Assembly (NCBI GenBank): GCA_964510945.1
Contig: CAZEED010000002.1
Location: forward strand, 80,924 to 144,923
Direction of reading: 5' to 3'
From: an uncultured Candidatus Saccharibacteria bacterium
GTDB lineage: Bacteria; Patescibacteriota; Saccharimonadia; Saccharimonadales; JAGQNJ01
Length of the DNA stretch: 64,000 nt
Shown here: positions 34,714 through 45,438 of the stretch, in pieces
Layout of the letters: every line of letters starts with the position of its first letter
How positions within the stretch are numbered: the first letter of the stretch is position 1
Notes under the pieces: model-generated
Seen by the model: the letters and a program-made list of their open reading frames with translations, nothing else
Database searches by the model: none
Told to the model about the DNA's origin: nothing
Translations under genes and position numbers: made by a program

Positions 34714-35775
34714 CTACATTGATAAATTTGGTTGGATATCTAGAGAGTATGGGTCGGTGGTTGGTTGATTTAATTTCATCTTGTAGCAACCTAGGGTGGC
34801 GATCATGGCGCCGTTGTCGGTACAGAGCTTTGGGTCTGTGTATTCGATAGGGCAGGGTAGTTGTTCGGAAAGCTGTCGACGTAATTCGCCACTAGCAGCT
34901 ACGCCACCGGCTATTACCACACTTTTTGGCGAAAATTCTTCGTAGGCTAACAATGCTTTATCTACCACTGTTTCTATGGCAGTTTTTTGAAAACTAGCCG
35001 CAATATCAGAGATTTGAGCTTTTGTAAGGTGCTTAGAGATATCTTGCGAGGGATAAGTGTAATCTTTACCAATCTTAGCCTGCGCGAGCCTTAAAACAGC
35101 TGTCTTTAGCCCAGAGAAGCTAAAGTCGTAGGGGCTGTCTAGCTTTGATTTGGGTAATTTGAATTTATCCGGATCTCCGTCTACGGCTGCTTTAGCAATG
35201 CTTGGTCCGCCAGGGTAGGGAAGACCGAGAATCTTCGCCACTTTATCAAAGGCTTCGCCTATAGCGTCGTCGCGCGTTCTGCCCAGTAGTTGGTATTTAA
35301 AGTGATCTTCGAATAGAGCTAGCTGAGTATGTCCACCGCTGACAATTACGGCTAGAAGGGGAAAGTCAGGCTGATTTGGGGGTAGTTTGTAACCAGATAG
35401 AGAGGCGCTAGTTAAAAAGTTGGCATAGACATGTCCTTCGACATGATTACAAGGGTAGAGGGGCTTTTTGTGGATAATTGCCAGAGTTCTGGCAGCCATG
35501 ACGCCTACTAGTAGAGACCCGCCAAGGCCTGCCCCATATGTAACGGCAATTCCGTCAATATCGTCCCAGGTGCACTTGGCCTCTGTTAATGCCTGTTTTA
35601 TAACAGGATTTATGGCTTCGATATGCGATCTTGCGGCGATTTCTGGTACAACCCCACCAAACTGGATATGAAGATTCATGCTACTAGCCACAACATTCGA
35701 CAGCAGTTTTTTACCATCCTCGACGACAGCGGCAGCTGTTTCATCACAACTCGTCTCAATCCCAAGTATTTTCAC
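34714..35775 (-). CDS. tsaD: tRNA N6-adenosine threonylcarbamoyltransferase TsaD (Kae1/Gcp)
   Basis: MKILGIETSCDETAAAVV ... HVEGHVYANF ... VSGGHTQL. Confidence 0.95.
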   Translation of the reverse strand: MKILGIETSCDETAAAVVEDGKKLLSNVVASSMNLHIQFGGVVPEIAARSHIEAINPVIKQALTEAKCTWDDIDGIAVTYGAGLGGSLLVGVMAARTLAIIHKKPLYPCNHVEGHVYANFLTSASLSGYKLPPNQPDFPLLAVIVSGGHTQLALFEDHFKYQLLGRTRDDAIGEAFDKVAKILGLPYPGGPSIAKAAVDGDPDKFKLPKSKLDSPYDFSFSGLKTAVLRLAQAKIGKDYTYPSQDISKHLTKAQISDIAASFQKTAIETVVDKALLAYEEFSPKSVVIAGGVAASGELRRQLSEQLPCPIEYTDPKLCTDNGAMIATLGCYKMKLNQPTTDPYSLDIQPNLSM

Positions 35776-35837
35776 TACAGACTAGAATAGCAGATTAGAG
35801 TAAAATACCTTTTTTTGTTTGAAGTAGACCGCGCCTA

Positions 35838-36320
35838 TTATTCTACTTTTAGTGTAGACACTTTTATGGTAACTGGGCTAGATTTTTCTCCAGAGCCATT
35901 AATTCCACCAGTTTGTGACTTGCGATAATTCCTACGATCCAAAGAGGATAGTGGCGCGACGGCACTATGCGTTTTTCTGTCACTTAACTGGGCAAAATCA
36001 TGTCCGTCAAGTTCGGTCTTATCATCTCTCTTTCCAAAAGGGTAAAATTGCTTATCTTTTGCAACTGCCCGGTCAACTGTAACTTCAACCTCAGAGTAAC
36101 GACCTTCTTGACTCTCTGAAAGGCTAAGTGTCCCATCTACTGTTTCCTCGTAAACTTCTCTTAGAGTACGAATTACCCCATATACACCAAGCCCACGCAA
36201 GTCGTAAGGTTCGTCAAAGGAATCGCCTTCTAAGATATATCTGCGAGCAGATTCGTATATCTCCAAAACTTCTTCTGGTGTTTCTAGGTACGGTTCCTGC
36301 TCAAATCCAGTCACTGTCAT
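35838..36320 (-). CDS. Hypothetical protein
   Basis: The track ORF extends to 36362. ATG at 36320 (MTVTGFEQ...) is preferred because a TATAGT box lies 6 nt upstream. Confidence 0.5.
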   Translation of the reverse strand: MTVTGFEQEPYLETPEEVLEIYESARRYILEGDSFDEPYDLRGLGVYGVIRTLREVYEETVDGTLSLSESQEGRYSEVEVTVDRAVAKDKQFYPFGKRDDKTELDGHDFAQLSDRKTHSAVAPLSSLDRRNYRKSQTGGINGSGEKSSPVTIKVSTLKVE

Positions 36321-36409
36321 ACTGATACTATAGCATATAATTCTAATCACTGCAATAATCATGATATGCGGATGCTATCCGAAAAAGTTTTGAGTTATAA
36401 TGAGTCTAA

Positions 36410-37759
36410 ATGAGTTTTCGAGGGATTGTAAAAAAAGTTATTCCAACCGGGCTTTTTAAAAAAGTCGAACCATATGGGCATTTATGTGAGGCGATTTTAG
36501 TACAAACTTTAGCTGGACGACCAGCTAAGAATCTAAAAGTTATCGGTGTAACAGGTACTAACGGCAAGACTAGCACTGCATTTTTGATACATAAAATGAT
36601 GGTTGAGGCTAAACTTAAAACTGGCCTAATGACCACTGTTGCCTATGGCGTAAATAACGACATTAAACCTCAGATAGAGCATATGACTAGCGTGTCGCCA
36701 GGGCAATTAGCTAAACGGCTGAAATATATGCGCAGTAAGAATGTGGAGTGGCTAGTGCTAGAGGTTACATCGCATGCTTTGGCGCAACATCGGATATGGG
36801 GTGTGCCAATCAGTGTGGCCGTAATGACAAATGTTACGCACGAGCATCTAGATTATCACGGAACATTTGCCAAATATCGCGATGCCAAACGGATGCTATT
36901 TAAGCTCGCAAACAAAAATAAAAAAGGCCTACAAACTGGCATAATTAATGGGGAAGATCCCAGCGCGGGACTGTTTAGTGTAGATGTAAGAAATCATTTA
37001 TCTTACGGCATTAAAGAGGGTGATATTAGGGCTAAGCACATCGATCTAAAACCATCAGGTAGTCGATATGCGGCTACTATTGGCAAAGATGAATATTGGA
37101 TAAAGTGTAATCTGCCTGGCACATTTAATGTGTTTAATTCAATGGCTGCGGTAGGCGTGGGGCGAACGATTGGGCTGAGTAAAGATCAGATAGAGAAGGG
37201 GATTGAAGCTTTGCAGGGTGTAGAGGGCCGGATGACGCGTATAGATGAAGGTCAACCTTACGATGTCATTGTTGATTATGCCCATACACCAGATAGTTTT
37301 GAGAAGTTATTTAAGGATATAAAACCTGTAGTTAAGGGCAAATTGATTGTAATGTTTGGCTCGGCAGGGCGTCGAGATGAAGGAAAACGAGCAACTCAAG
37401 GTCAATTAGCCGGAAAATACGCAGATGAAATAGTAATAACAGAGGAAGACGATCGAGATATCGATGGACAAGAGATTATGGATGCCATTGCGCGAGGCGC
37501 TGAAAAAGAGGGTAAAATGCGCGATAAAGATATGTTTTTAGTACATGATCGAACAGAAGCCATCAAATTTACGCTTGGACGGGCTAAAAAGGGCGACACT
37601 GTGTTACTTTTGGGCAAAGGCCATGAAAAAGACATCCTGCGAAACGGACCACGTGCTGCAGAACTACGCCATCTTAAACAAGATGACCACAACCCAGACC
37701 GGGTAAAAGAAGACCCGTGGGACGAAATCAAAACCACCAAAACTCTACTAACAAAATAA
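36410..37759 (+). CDS. murE: Mur ligase, MurE-like (UDP-MurNAc-L-Ala-D-Glu:diamino acid ligase)
   Basis: VIGVTGTNGKTSTAFL P-loop and DYAHTPDSFEKL. The N-terminal domain is short relative to typical MurE. Confidence 0.8.
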   Translation: MSFRGIVKKVIPTGLFKKVEPYGHLCEAILVQTLAGRPAKNLKVIGVTGTNGKTSTAFLIHKMMVEAKLKTGLMTTVAYGVNNDIKPQIEHMTSVSPGQLAKRLKYMRSKNVEWLVLEVTSHALAQHRIWGVPISVAVMTNVTHEHLDYHGTFAKYRDAKRMLFKLANKNKKGLQTGIINGEDPSAGLFSVDVRNHLSYGIKEGDIRAKHIDLKPSGSRYAATIGKDEYWIKCNLPGTFNVFNSMAAVGVGRTIGLSKDQIEKGIEALQGVEGRMTRIDEGQPYDVIVDYAHTPDSFEKLFKDIKPVVKGKLIVMFGSAGRRDEGKRATQGQLAGKYADEIVITEEDDRDIDGQEIMDAIARGAEKEGKMRDKDMFLVHDRTEAIKFTLGRAKKGDTVLLLGKGHEKDILRNGPRAAELRHLKQDDHNPDRVKEDPWDEIKTTKTLLTK

Positions 37760-37829
37760 ATAAACATAAGAGTATTGCATTATAAGCAATATCATGCTAA
37801 TATACTTATGGATATTCAATTAAATAAAA

Positions 37830-38558
37830 ATGTCAGAAACAATAACAATACCAGCTGAAACATTTGCATATACTGAAAGAGATGAAAAACTTAGGCGTCT
37901 GCTTGGTGTGGATTACGATTATGCTATAGAAAGTGGATTGTTAGACATATTCTCACGAGATTCAGAAACCGGTGACGACGGAGCTCTTCACATTCTAACC
38001 GGTATAAGTAAAGAAATACCAAATGGCGGTGAAGTAGTTGAAGGATTTCATCACGCACCATCTGCTGAGTTAGTAACTAATGAAGGTGAAATGCAGAATA
38101 CATATGTTGCCGGCCCCGTTATGGGTAGTATTGCCGCAAAGAGGCGTAATGAATTTGTACGGTATCCATTTGGCCCACACAACAAGCATGTTGTTATTGA
38201 AGGTCGACCTAAATTATCCGCCGATGATGATGGTGGTCAGGGTCTTAAATTCGCAAGAAATAGTATGTACCCAGATGAATACGATCCGCTAGCAGTTCTT
38301 GAAACTGTAAAGTACGCATATGATTCGCGTGACCCAGAAGCTGACATAAGATCTGAGCGTCAAGGTGAAGTACGTTTTGTTAACGAGTCAACCGCGCCAT
38401 TGATAGACGGTTTAAACGATGATGGCACACCAAAGACGCCACTTCGAATCAGGTTAGTTATGGATAAAGATCATAAAATAATTTCTGCAATTCCTATATC
38501 CAGACCTAACATCTTAAAATTGACAAAAGGGGAGATTGACGAACATCTAGGTTTGTAA
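37830..38558 (+). CDS. Candidate bacterial EndoU-like ribonuclease-fold protein
   Basis: GALHILTGISKEIPNGGEVVEGFHHAPS and KFARNSMYPDEYDPLAVLETVKYAY resemble the H-I-L-x-G ... G-G-H-H ... K-x-x-x-F-P pattern of bacterial EndoU toxin domains, recalled from memory. No secretion signal. Confidence 0.4.
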   Translation: MSETITIPAETFAYTERDEKLRRLLGVDYDYAIESGLLDIFSRDSETGDDGALHILTGISKEIPNGGEVVEGFHHAPSAELVTNEGEMQNTYVAGPVMGSIAAKRRNEFVRYPFGPHNKHVVIEGRPKLSADDDGGQGLKFARNSMYPDEYDPLAVLETVKYAYDSRDPEADIRSERQGEVRFVNESTAPLIDGLNDDGTPKTPLRIRLVMDKDHKIISAIPISRPNILKLTKGEIDEHLGL

Positions 38559-38590
38559 AAAGCACATAATTGTGTTAGCATATATCTCTT

Positions 38591-38902
38591 ATGGATAGAC
38601 AAGAATATATGGAGCCTGTGTTCACTGATTTGGCATTTGAAATATTTGCTGAAGCCGTAGGTGTAGAAGCAGTAAGAAATGTATTTTCTCGAGATAGAGA
38701 GGCTAAAGCTATTGGTTGGGATAGTGGAGTTACGATAGAAAACAATGAAAATAGTGCATGGTGGACTGCTACTACTGATGAAAAAGATCTTTCATTTGTT
38801 ATTGGGTCATTTCGAATGACGATTCCACTGAATCGGGCTGAAAAAATTCTAGACACTTTCACTTCAGTTTACGACAAGCACAAGACCAAAGAGACAGAAT
38901 AA
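38591..38902 (+). CDS. Small hypothetical protein immediately downstream of the EndoU-like gene (possible cognate partner)
   Basis: 103-aa ORF, 32-nt gap, same strand. No motif. Confidence 0.4.
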   Translation: MDRQEYMEPVFTDLAFEIFAEAVGVEAVRNVFSRDREAKAIGWDSGVTIENNENSAWWTATTDEKDLSFVIGSFRMTIPLNRAEKILDTFTSVYDKHKTKETE

Positions 38903-38930
38903 TACTCTTTCGTTAACTGGATAAAAATGC

Positions 38931-39785
38931 TTATAAAGTTAAGGTGGTGCAACGGATGTAGCCGCCACCTTTGAAAAGTTCTGTAGCTGGGATAGTGATT
39001 GTTTTGAAACCTGCGTTTTCTATATCTTTTTTTAGTTTTGGAGCGTAGTGGCTCATGACCACCGCTTCGCCATTTGAGACCAGATTGCAGGCAAAGCCTT
39101 TAACGGCTTCTTCATACGTGACTTCAATTTTTTCTATGTCTGTTATTTTGTCGATTTTTGCTTGGCTCTCGGGTGTAAATGCGTCTCGGCACCAGGCGAT
39201 TAGATTTGGCGAAAGTACAGCAATGGCAAGATCAATATCGTAGAAGAAGCTATCCGGCCAACCAGTTATTTTGTTAATAACTGGTTTTTTTTGTTTATCT
39301 AGGGTTGGTATAGCCTGCAAGCTGATAACTTTATATCCCAGATTTTTTGCTAACTGATCATGGACTTCTTTGTCGGTTCGGTAACCAGTACCCGCAAATA
39401 GATAGTCCCCGCAAGGCAGGGCATCGCCTTGCCCGCTAAATTTTAAGCCTTTGGGTAGAAATACTAGTCGTTTTCCTAGTTTGCTCAGTATCTCGGCAGC
39501 GTAGTCTTCTTCGTCGGTGCGCTTGTTTGGTAGAGAAGCCATGACGGCGGTGTCACCTCTACAAAGAGCCCAATTAGCAGTATATACACCATCCTGACAA
39601 CCTCTAGGTGGATGGACTTGAATAACTTCGACGCCAATGCTTTGCAATGCGTGTTTTATGGAATCGTGTTCTTGTTTAGCCTTAGCTAGATCTACAGGAT
39701 TTGTGGCATCCATAAGTGCATTAATGGCGAACCCATCATTAAAGTAGTCAGCTCCAGACATCAGTACTTTTTTGTTTATGAGCAT
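38931..39785 (-). CDS. Guanidino-group-modifying enzyme superfamily protein (amidinotransferase/DDAH/YkgA-like)
   Basis: 284 aa ending in KGGGYIRCTTLTL (the C-terminal catalytic Cys motif of this superfamily). Internal FFYDIDLAI aligns with the F-x-H-L-D region. Confidence 0.7.
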   Translation of the reverse strand: MLINKKVLMSGADYFNDGFAINALMDATNPVDLAKAKQEHDSIKHALQSIGVEVIQVHPPRGCQDGVYTANWALCRGDTAVMASLPNKRTDEEDYAAEILSKLGKRLVFLPKGLKFSGQGDALPCGDYLFAGTGYRTDKEVHDQLAKNLGYKVISLQAIPTLDKQKKPVINKITGWPDSFFYDIDLAIAVLSPNLIAWCRDAFTPESQAKIDKITDIEKIEVTYEEAVKGFACNLVSNGEAVVMSHYAPKLKKDIENAGFKTITIPATELFKGGGYIRCTTLTL

Positions 39786-39824
39786 TAGAGATTAGTATAC
39801 CAAACCACTGAAAAACATAAATAA

Positions 39825-39851
39825 TTAGCACTCGGGGGTTGCAAGTGCCAA
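39825..39851 (+). promoter_or_regulatory. CIRCE-like inverted repeat (HrcA operator) upstream of groES
   Basis: TTAGCACTC-GGGGGTTGC-AAGTGCCAA versus the consensus TTAGCACTC-N9-GAGTGCTAA. The left arm is perfect and the right arm matches 7/9. Confidence 0.75.
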
Positions 39852-39908
39852 TTTTGTTTTGTAAAATATGGCTTACCAAACGTGTCAAATAAATGAAGGA
39901 GGAAGATT

Positions 39909-40178
39909 ATGGCAATACCCATTAATCCATTAGCAGGTTACGTGGTGGTCCAAGCAGAGGACGCCGAGAAAAAGACAGCGAGCGGGCTATATCTACCTGA
40001 CAGTGCCAAAGAAAAACCAAAAACTGCCAAAGTTGTAGCGGTAGGAGAAGGTATCAACGACGTAAAAGTTGGCCAGAGAGTTATTTATAAGAATGAATAT
40101 GAAGCGACGACAGTAAAAGTTAAAGACGAAGAATACACACTGGTTTTTATTAAAAATATAATCGCAACCGTAAATTAG
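39909..40178 (+). CDS. groES: Co-chaperonin GroES
   Basis: 89 aa. PLAGYVVVQAEDAEKKTASGLYLPDSAKEKPKTAKVVAVGEG. SD AAGGAGG upstream. Confidence 0.95.
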   Translation: MAIPINPLAGYVVVQAEDAEKKTASGLYLPDSAKEKPKTAKVVAVGEGINDVKVGQRVIYKNEYEATTVKVKDEEYTLVFIKNIIATVN

Positions 40179-40188
40179 GAGGTTTTTG

Positions 40189-41838
40189 ATGGCAAATAGA
40201 GTTTTTTATGATGAAGATGCGCGCAGGCGAGTGCTCGAGGGCGCTAGGATTTTATACGAAGCAGTAAAAACAACTATGGGGCCAAAAGGCCGTAACGTAA
40301 TTATTGATAAGTCATACGGCAACCCAACTGTCACGCACGATGGCGTAACAGTAGCAAAAGGTGTAGAGATTGAAGATAAAGATGACGAGACTCTCGGCTA
40401 CAAAGTTGGCGCCGAACTAATAAAACAAGCGGCCAACAAGATGAATGACGTGGCTGGTGACGGGACTACAACCGTAACGGTTTTGACTTATCATATCTTA
40501 AACGAAGCTAATAAATTAATTGCAGCTGGGCATAACCCAATGTTGCTACGAAAAGGTTTAGAACAAGCGGCGCACGATGTTATCAAGCAACTGGCTGGAA
40601 TGAGCGAGGACATCAAGGCTAACCAAAAACGTGTAGCGGAAGTGGCTACAATCTCGGCTGGTGATAGTCAGATTGGCGACATGATTGCTGATGTAATCAG
40701 TAAAGTTGGTAAAGATGGTGTTGTAACTGTCGAAGAAGGCCAAAGTCTAGAGCTAGAAAGTGAAGTTGTAGAAGGCTTTACCATGGATCGCGGTTTTGTT
40801 AGCCCGTACATGGTTACTGATACTACCCGCATGGAAGCAGTTGTTGATAAACCAGTAATTGTGGTGACCGATAAAAAGATAAGTTCTGTTCAAGAGTTTT
40901 TGCCAATTTTAGAAAAAGCCGCCAATGAGGGCAAAAAAGACCTAATAATTATTGCTGATGATGTTGAGGGGGAAGTGCTTGGTACGTTAATCCTAAACAA
41001 ATTGAAGGGCGTTCTAAACGCTGTGGCCGTTAAGGCTCCAAGCTTTGGTGACAGGCGTAAAGAAGAGTTGCAAGATATCGCCACTTTGACCGGTGCAACG
41101 GTAATTAGCGAAGACCAAGGACATACCTTTGAGAACATGGCCGAGCAAGATATTTTTGGATCTGCACGAAAAGTAATTGTTACAAAAGACGACACCACCA
41201 TTGTTGAGGGCGCAGGTTCAGCATCTGCAGTAAAAGCACGCATTGCTCAAATAACGTCTCAGGCTAATATCGCAACCAGTGAATATGACAAAGAAAACCT
41301 AGATAAGCGACGAGCCGCTTTGCAGGGCAAAGTTGCAGTGATAAAAGTTGGTGGAGCGACCGAAACCGAGATCGAAGAAAAGAAATATCGTGTTGATGAT
41401 GCTGTAGCTGCCGTGAAAGCGGCGCTAGACGAAGGAATCGTTGCCGGTGGAGGTGTAACGCTCGCAGAACTTAGCGAGAAAATTGTTGTTGAAGCTAGCG
41501 ATGACCTTGCACACGGAAAACAACTGTTAAAAACTGCCTTACTACGACCATTTTACGAGCTACTTCAAAACTCTGGGTTAAACCCTGACGAGTGGTGGCC
41601 ACAAGTACGCAAAGCAAAGTCAGGACAGGGTATAGACGTGACTAATCCGACCAAGCTTGTTGATCTAAAAAGTACTGGAATAGTCGACCCTACTCGGGTA
41701 ACTCGTGAAGCTGTGCAGAATTCTGTCTCGATCGCTGGGACGGCTATGACTATGGGTGCACTTGTTGCAGAAGTACCAAAGGAAGAGTCAGCCCCAGCTG
41801 GTGGTGGAATGCCCGGTGGTGGCATGATGGGCATGTAG
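40189..41838 (+). CDS. groEL: Chaperonin GroEL
   Basis: ATG at 40189 lies 6 nt after AGGAGG (the track begins at TTG 40186). [23 protein letters not shown]-terminal [12 protein letters not shown]. Confidence 0.95.
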   Translation: MANRVFYDEDARRRVLEGARILYEAVKTTMGPKGRNVIIDKSYGNPTVTHDGVTVAKGVEIEDKDDETLGYKVGAELIKQAANKMNDVAGDGTTTVTVLTYHILNEANKLIAAGHNPMLLRKGLEQAAHDVIKQLAGMSEDIKANQKRVAEVATISAGDSQIGDMIADVISKVGKDGVVTVEEGQSLELESEVVEGFTMDRGFVSPYMVTDTTRMEAVVDKPVIVVTDKKISSVQEFLPILEKAANEGKKDLIIIADDVEGEVLGTLILNKLKGVLNAVAVKAPSFGDRRKEELQDIATLTGATVISEDQGHTFENMAEQDIFGSARKVIVTKDDTTIVEGAGSASAVKARIAQITSQANIATSEYDKENLDKRRAALQGKVAVIKVGGATETEIEEKKYRVDDAVAAVKAALDEGIVAGGGVTLAELSEKIVVEASDDLAHGKQLLKTALLRPFYELLQNSGLNPDEWWPQVRKAKSGQGIDVTNPTKLVDLKSTGIVDPTRVTREAVQNSVSIAGTAMTMGALVAEVPKEESAPAGGGMPGGGMMGM

Positions 41839-41982
41839 GTCAATCTACCTTACTTGAGCCTGTAAGTAGCAGTAATAGTGACCTAGTATAGTCAACTGCT
41901 ATGTTAGATTTATAGGAATAGTTGCAAAAACTACTAAAATCTAGTATTATAGTGCTATAGGTTTTAAAGGGGAGACGAAAAC

Positions 41983-42417
41983 ATGGCTATTTGGCCGTTT
42001 AATAAGAAAAAATTAGATCAATCAATGTTACCTGATGAGGTATCAGAATATTATAAAGAGGAAAAGGGCGAATCTGGACGACGGTCTTGGGTGTCAGCAT
42101 TATTAACTGTGGCGATTACAGCGCTTCTTGCAGTTGTGCTATTTTTTGGTGGTAAGTGGGTATATCAATCAATCTTTGGCAATAATGATGAAAGTAACGA
42201 GACTCAGACGGCACAACAAGACCAAACTGAAAACGTGAATCAGGGTAATCAAGATAAATCGTCCGATTCGACAACAGATAATAATGATTCGACGGCGGTT
42301 GCTGATGATGACGCAGTAGATAAGACACCGTCGTCAGGGGCAGATTCTGAATCAACACCTACGACTGGTGCAAACGAAATACCTGACACTGGCCCCGGCC
42401 CTGGTGGATTACAGTAA
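41983..42417 (+). CDS. Hypothetical membrane-anchored low-complexity acidic protein
   Basis: 144 aa with one TM (VSALLTVAITALLAVVLFFGG) and a D/S/T/N-rich tail. Confidence 0.5.
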   Translation: MAIWPFNKKKLDQSMLPDEVSEYYKEEKGESGRRSWVSALLTVAITALLAVVLFFGGKWVYQSIFGNNDESNETQTAQQDQTENVNQGNQDKSSDSTTDNNDSTAVADDDAVDKTPSSGADSESTPTTGANEIPDTGPGPGGLQ

Positions 42418-42438
42418 ACAAAGTTCGAGCGTCGAGTT

Positions 42439-43086
42439 ATGGCCTTATCTTTAGAACCCGTTGAATTTAAGCGGGCATCGGATATACATGAATTTGCAGT
42501 ACTTCTTACTCAGGTACGAGCTCAAACCCTTGGCGGTGCAATTTTGTCGTTACACCCAAGCGACAAAACCCCTCTTATTAATCCCGAACAACTTGTAGCA
42601 ACCAAAGATCCATTTGATTATTCTCAGGAAAGGATTGATGAGTTGACGGGTAATTTATTCGGCATTACTGTTCAAATGGTCTGTGCGACCAGTAGCCTGA
42701 TTCCAAAGAGTTGGATTTCGTCCGCAGATATTGATGTTCCGTTGCACGTTGATCCAACCTTGACAACTATCTATGGTCGTTATAGGTCTTCACTCTCACA
42801 CCACTACACTCCATACGGCTCTGGAATATTTGAAGCAGCACGAGTGTTGGGATCAAATGAAGAACTTAAAGGTATTAAACGACCAAGAGACCGTTTGTTA
42901 GAAATAGGTCACCAGATGTCCGATGAATTCAAAGAGGTTAAAGCTCAGATCCCTATTAATCAAGGAGATGTGGTCGCGTTCCCTGCTAATGGGCAAACTA
43001 TAGGTTATGGTAGAGATCAAATGCTAAATCCCCTAATGCATAGAGTAATTACGACTTCCGATATTCGAGCAGTAATTGTTCGCTAG
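42439..43086 (+). CDS. Hypothetical protein, possible 2OG-Fe(II) oxygenase fold
   Basis: H-x-D (PLHVDPT) and a distal His (NPLMHRV) followed by IRAVIV fit the facial triad plus Arg pattern. Weak. Confidence 0.35.
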   Translation: MALSLEPVEFKRASDIHEFAVLLTQVRAQTLGGAILSLHPSDKTPLINPEQLVATKDPFDYSQERIDELTGNLFGITVQMVCATSSLIPKSWISSADIDVPLHVDPTLTTIYGRYRSSLSHHYTPYGSGIFEAARVLGSNEELKGIKRPRDRLLEIGHQMSDEFKEVKAQIPINQGDVVAFPANGQTIGYGRDQMLNPLMHRVITTSDIRAVIVR

Positions 43087-43686
43087 CTATTTCTTTTTGT
43101 TGGTGAAGTAGTTGATTTCGTTAACGATATCTAGCATGGCCTGAGCACGTTTTTTATCATCTTTGATGTCTTTAGCAGCATTAAAAACTGATCCGATTAG
43201 AGATTGATCGTCGGTTGCTTGAATCATCATCAGTAGTGTCATGGTCTTCTCTTCTGGGGTTTGGTCTAGTTTGTCTATAAGTGGCGAGAGTTCTTCGAGG
43301 GCGCTACGCTTTATGTCCATCAGCTCACTGGATGGAGCGGGGGATGAGTCTGATGTTGCTGAGAAATCTACACTATCTGTTTTGTCAGCATCATCTGAAT
43401 CTGTTGCGGGAACTATTGGATCGTCGGTTTCTGACTTGTCATCATCATCGCCTTGATCATTTGCTGGAGTTTCGTTAGCGTCTGTTGATGCGTTGATATT
43501 CTCAACGATGTCGTTGATGTCCTTGTCTTGATTATCATCATTATTTGATGTATCAGATGAATCATCATCTGAAGTTGTCGAATTATTATCGTCTACACCA
43601 AGTAGCTTCTCATCAGCCGGTGTTGTGCTGATAGGATGAATTACATTGTCGTTATCTTTTTTGTCTTCTTTGTCGTGCCCGAACAT
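43087..43686 (-). CDS. Hypothetical very acidic low-complexity protein
   Basis: 199 aa, D/S/N-rich, structured C-terminal ~70 aa. Confidence 0.5.
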   Translation of the reverse strand: MFGHDKEDKKDNDNVIHPISTTPADEKLLGVDDNNSTTSDDDSSDTSNNDDNQDKDINDIVENINASTDANETPANDQGDDDDKSETDDPIVPATDSDDADKTDSVDFSATSDSSPAPSSELMDIKRSALEELSPLIDKLDQTPEEKTMTLLMMIQATDDQSLIGSVFNAAKDIKDDKKRAQAMLDIVNEINYFTNKKK

Positions 43687-43756
43687 AGTGCCCCCTTAAT
43701 AATGTATGATTATAATGGATATTATATAGTAATCAATCAAAAGTTTGGAGTGCTAG

Positions 43757-44785
43757 ATGCTGGATGATTTAAAACAGATACATTATAGAGATAAAAGTGA
43801 CGCACTGGGTATAGCCGAGAAACAATGGCAACAGTTAGAACACGATTTTGAAGTAGAAAATATTGAAGGTAATTTTGAAAACGTCGTCTACGTAGGTATG
43901 GGCGGATCGGCGTTATCGGCAAGATTAAGCATGACATGGCCGGGCTATAACGTGCCTTTTGAGATTGTCTCTAATTATAATATTCCGCACTACGTATCAA
44001 AAAATACGTTGTTTGTGGTCTGTAGTTATTCTGGTAATACCGAAGAAACTATATCAGCCTATAATCAGGCGAATAAAACTGAGGCTACAATTGTAGTAAT
44101 TTCTTGCGGTGGTGAACTAGAGAGATTAGCCGCAGAACGAGGGCATATTTTTGTGCAGATTCCGCCGGTATCTCAACCAAGGTTTGCGACCTTATATATT
44201 CTAAAGGCGCTGATCACTGTTTTAGAGCGAGCGGGACTAGTTAAGGTATATGATGCAGAGAATCAGATACATAGCGCATCAGAGTTTTTAAAAGAATCGA
44301 TTAATGCATGGTTGCCAACAGTGCCGACGGCTAAAAACGAAGCAAAACAAATAGCTCAGGATGTTATGGGTACGAGTGCGGTAATCTACTCAGGGCCACT
44401 ATTGGCGCCAGTGGCATATAAATGGAAAATTAGCTTTAACGAGAACGCTAAAAACGTGGCGTGGTGTGGGCAATATCCAGAGTTTGATCATAATGAATTT
44501 GTAGGCTGGTTGGCCCAGCCTATAGAAAAACCCTACACCGTTATTGACCTTCGTAGCAATCTAGAACATCCGCAAGTGCAAAAACGCTTCATGCTTAGCG
44601 ATAAATTATTGTCGGGCAAACGACCTCATCCAATTGTGGTAGAAGTAGAAGGTGATAGTATTCTAGAACAATTGCTTTACGCAGTTGCACTGGGCGATTT
44701 TGTTAGTCTCTACACCGCAATTCTAAATAATGTCGATCCAACTGAAGTTGCCTTGATGGAAAAACTCAAAAAAGAACTAGCCTAA
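43757..44785 (+). CDS. Bifunctional phosphoglucose/phosphomannose isomerase family (SIS domain)
   Basis: VGMGGSALSARL, VVCSYSGNTEET. Size and layout are typical of the PGI/PMI family. Confidence 0.75.
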   Translation: MLDDLKQIHYRDKSDALGIAEKQWQQLEHDFEVENIEGNFENVVYVGMGGSALSARLSMTWPGYNVPFEIVSNYNIPHYVSKNTLFVVCSYSGNTEETISAYNQANKTEATIVVISCGGELERLAAERGHIFVQIPPVSQPRFATLYILKALITVLERAGLVKVYDAENQIHSASEFLKESINAWLPTVPTAKNEAKQIAQDVMGTSAVIYSGPLLAPVAYKWKISFNENAKNVAWCGQYPEFDHNEFVGWLAQPIEKPYTVIDLRSNLEHPQVQKRFMLSDKLLSGKRPHPIVVEVEGDSILEQLLYAVALGDFVSLYTAILNNVDPTEVALMEKLKKELA

Positions 44786-44863
44786 ATCGGCTTGTCTTTT
44801 AGCTTGAGCAAAAATTCAATGCAGCCGCCGATAATGTAATCAATTTGGTCAAATGGAAACCAA

Positions 44864-45334
44864 CTATCCCCTGGGTTTACTTGCTCTATCAATTTTATTT
44901 CTAGCAAGCTTAGTTACTAAAGCTGCCGCCTTTGCTGCTGAAACAGGATTGGCTTGAATTGGTCGTTCTCTTGTAACTGGTTGACCAAAAACATGCTTAT
45001 ATCTTTTACCGTCTGGGAGTTGGCGATCTACATCTGCCCATCCAACAGCATCGGTAGCTGAAGTTTCATGCTCTGTAGCATATCTGCCCGCACCACTTTT
45101 TACAGCAGCATATGTCAAAGTATTACTACCCCGATCTTCTATTCTTGCACTCACAGGACGTGAGTCATCTGTGTTCGATGCTATCCCTCCTTGATAAAAA
45201 GTTGTTTCACCATATTTTTGCGGTTCGGCATGGGTTGGAGACTCAGGTCCATTTAGAACTACACGTAATTCATCATCGGCTTGTCTTATTGTTTCTTCCT
45301 GACCATGCATTTCTATCAGTTCCGCTCGTTTCAT
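44864..45334 (-). CDS. Hypothetical protein
   Basis: 156-aa ORF. No motif. Confidence 0.45.
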   Translation of the reverse strand: MKRAELIEMHGQEETIRQADDELRVVLNGPESPTHAEPQKYGETTFYQGGIASNTDDSRPVSARIEDRGSNTLTYAAVKSGAGRYATEHETSATDAVGWADVDRQLPDGKRYKHVFGQPVTRERPIQANPVSAAKAAALVTKLARNKIDRASKPRG

Positions 45335-45438
45335 TTTTGTTTTGTCCTTTTTAGTTTTTGTTATATTCCAGACGGTTTAGTCTTAAATACATATTAGCAT
45401 ATGTTTAATACTTTGTCAATGATTTTATATCATTGATC

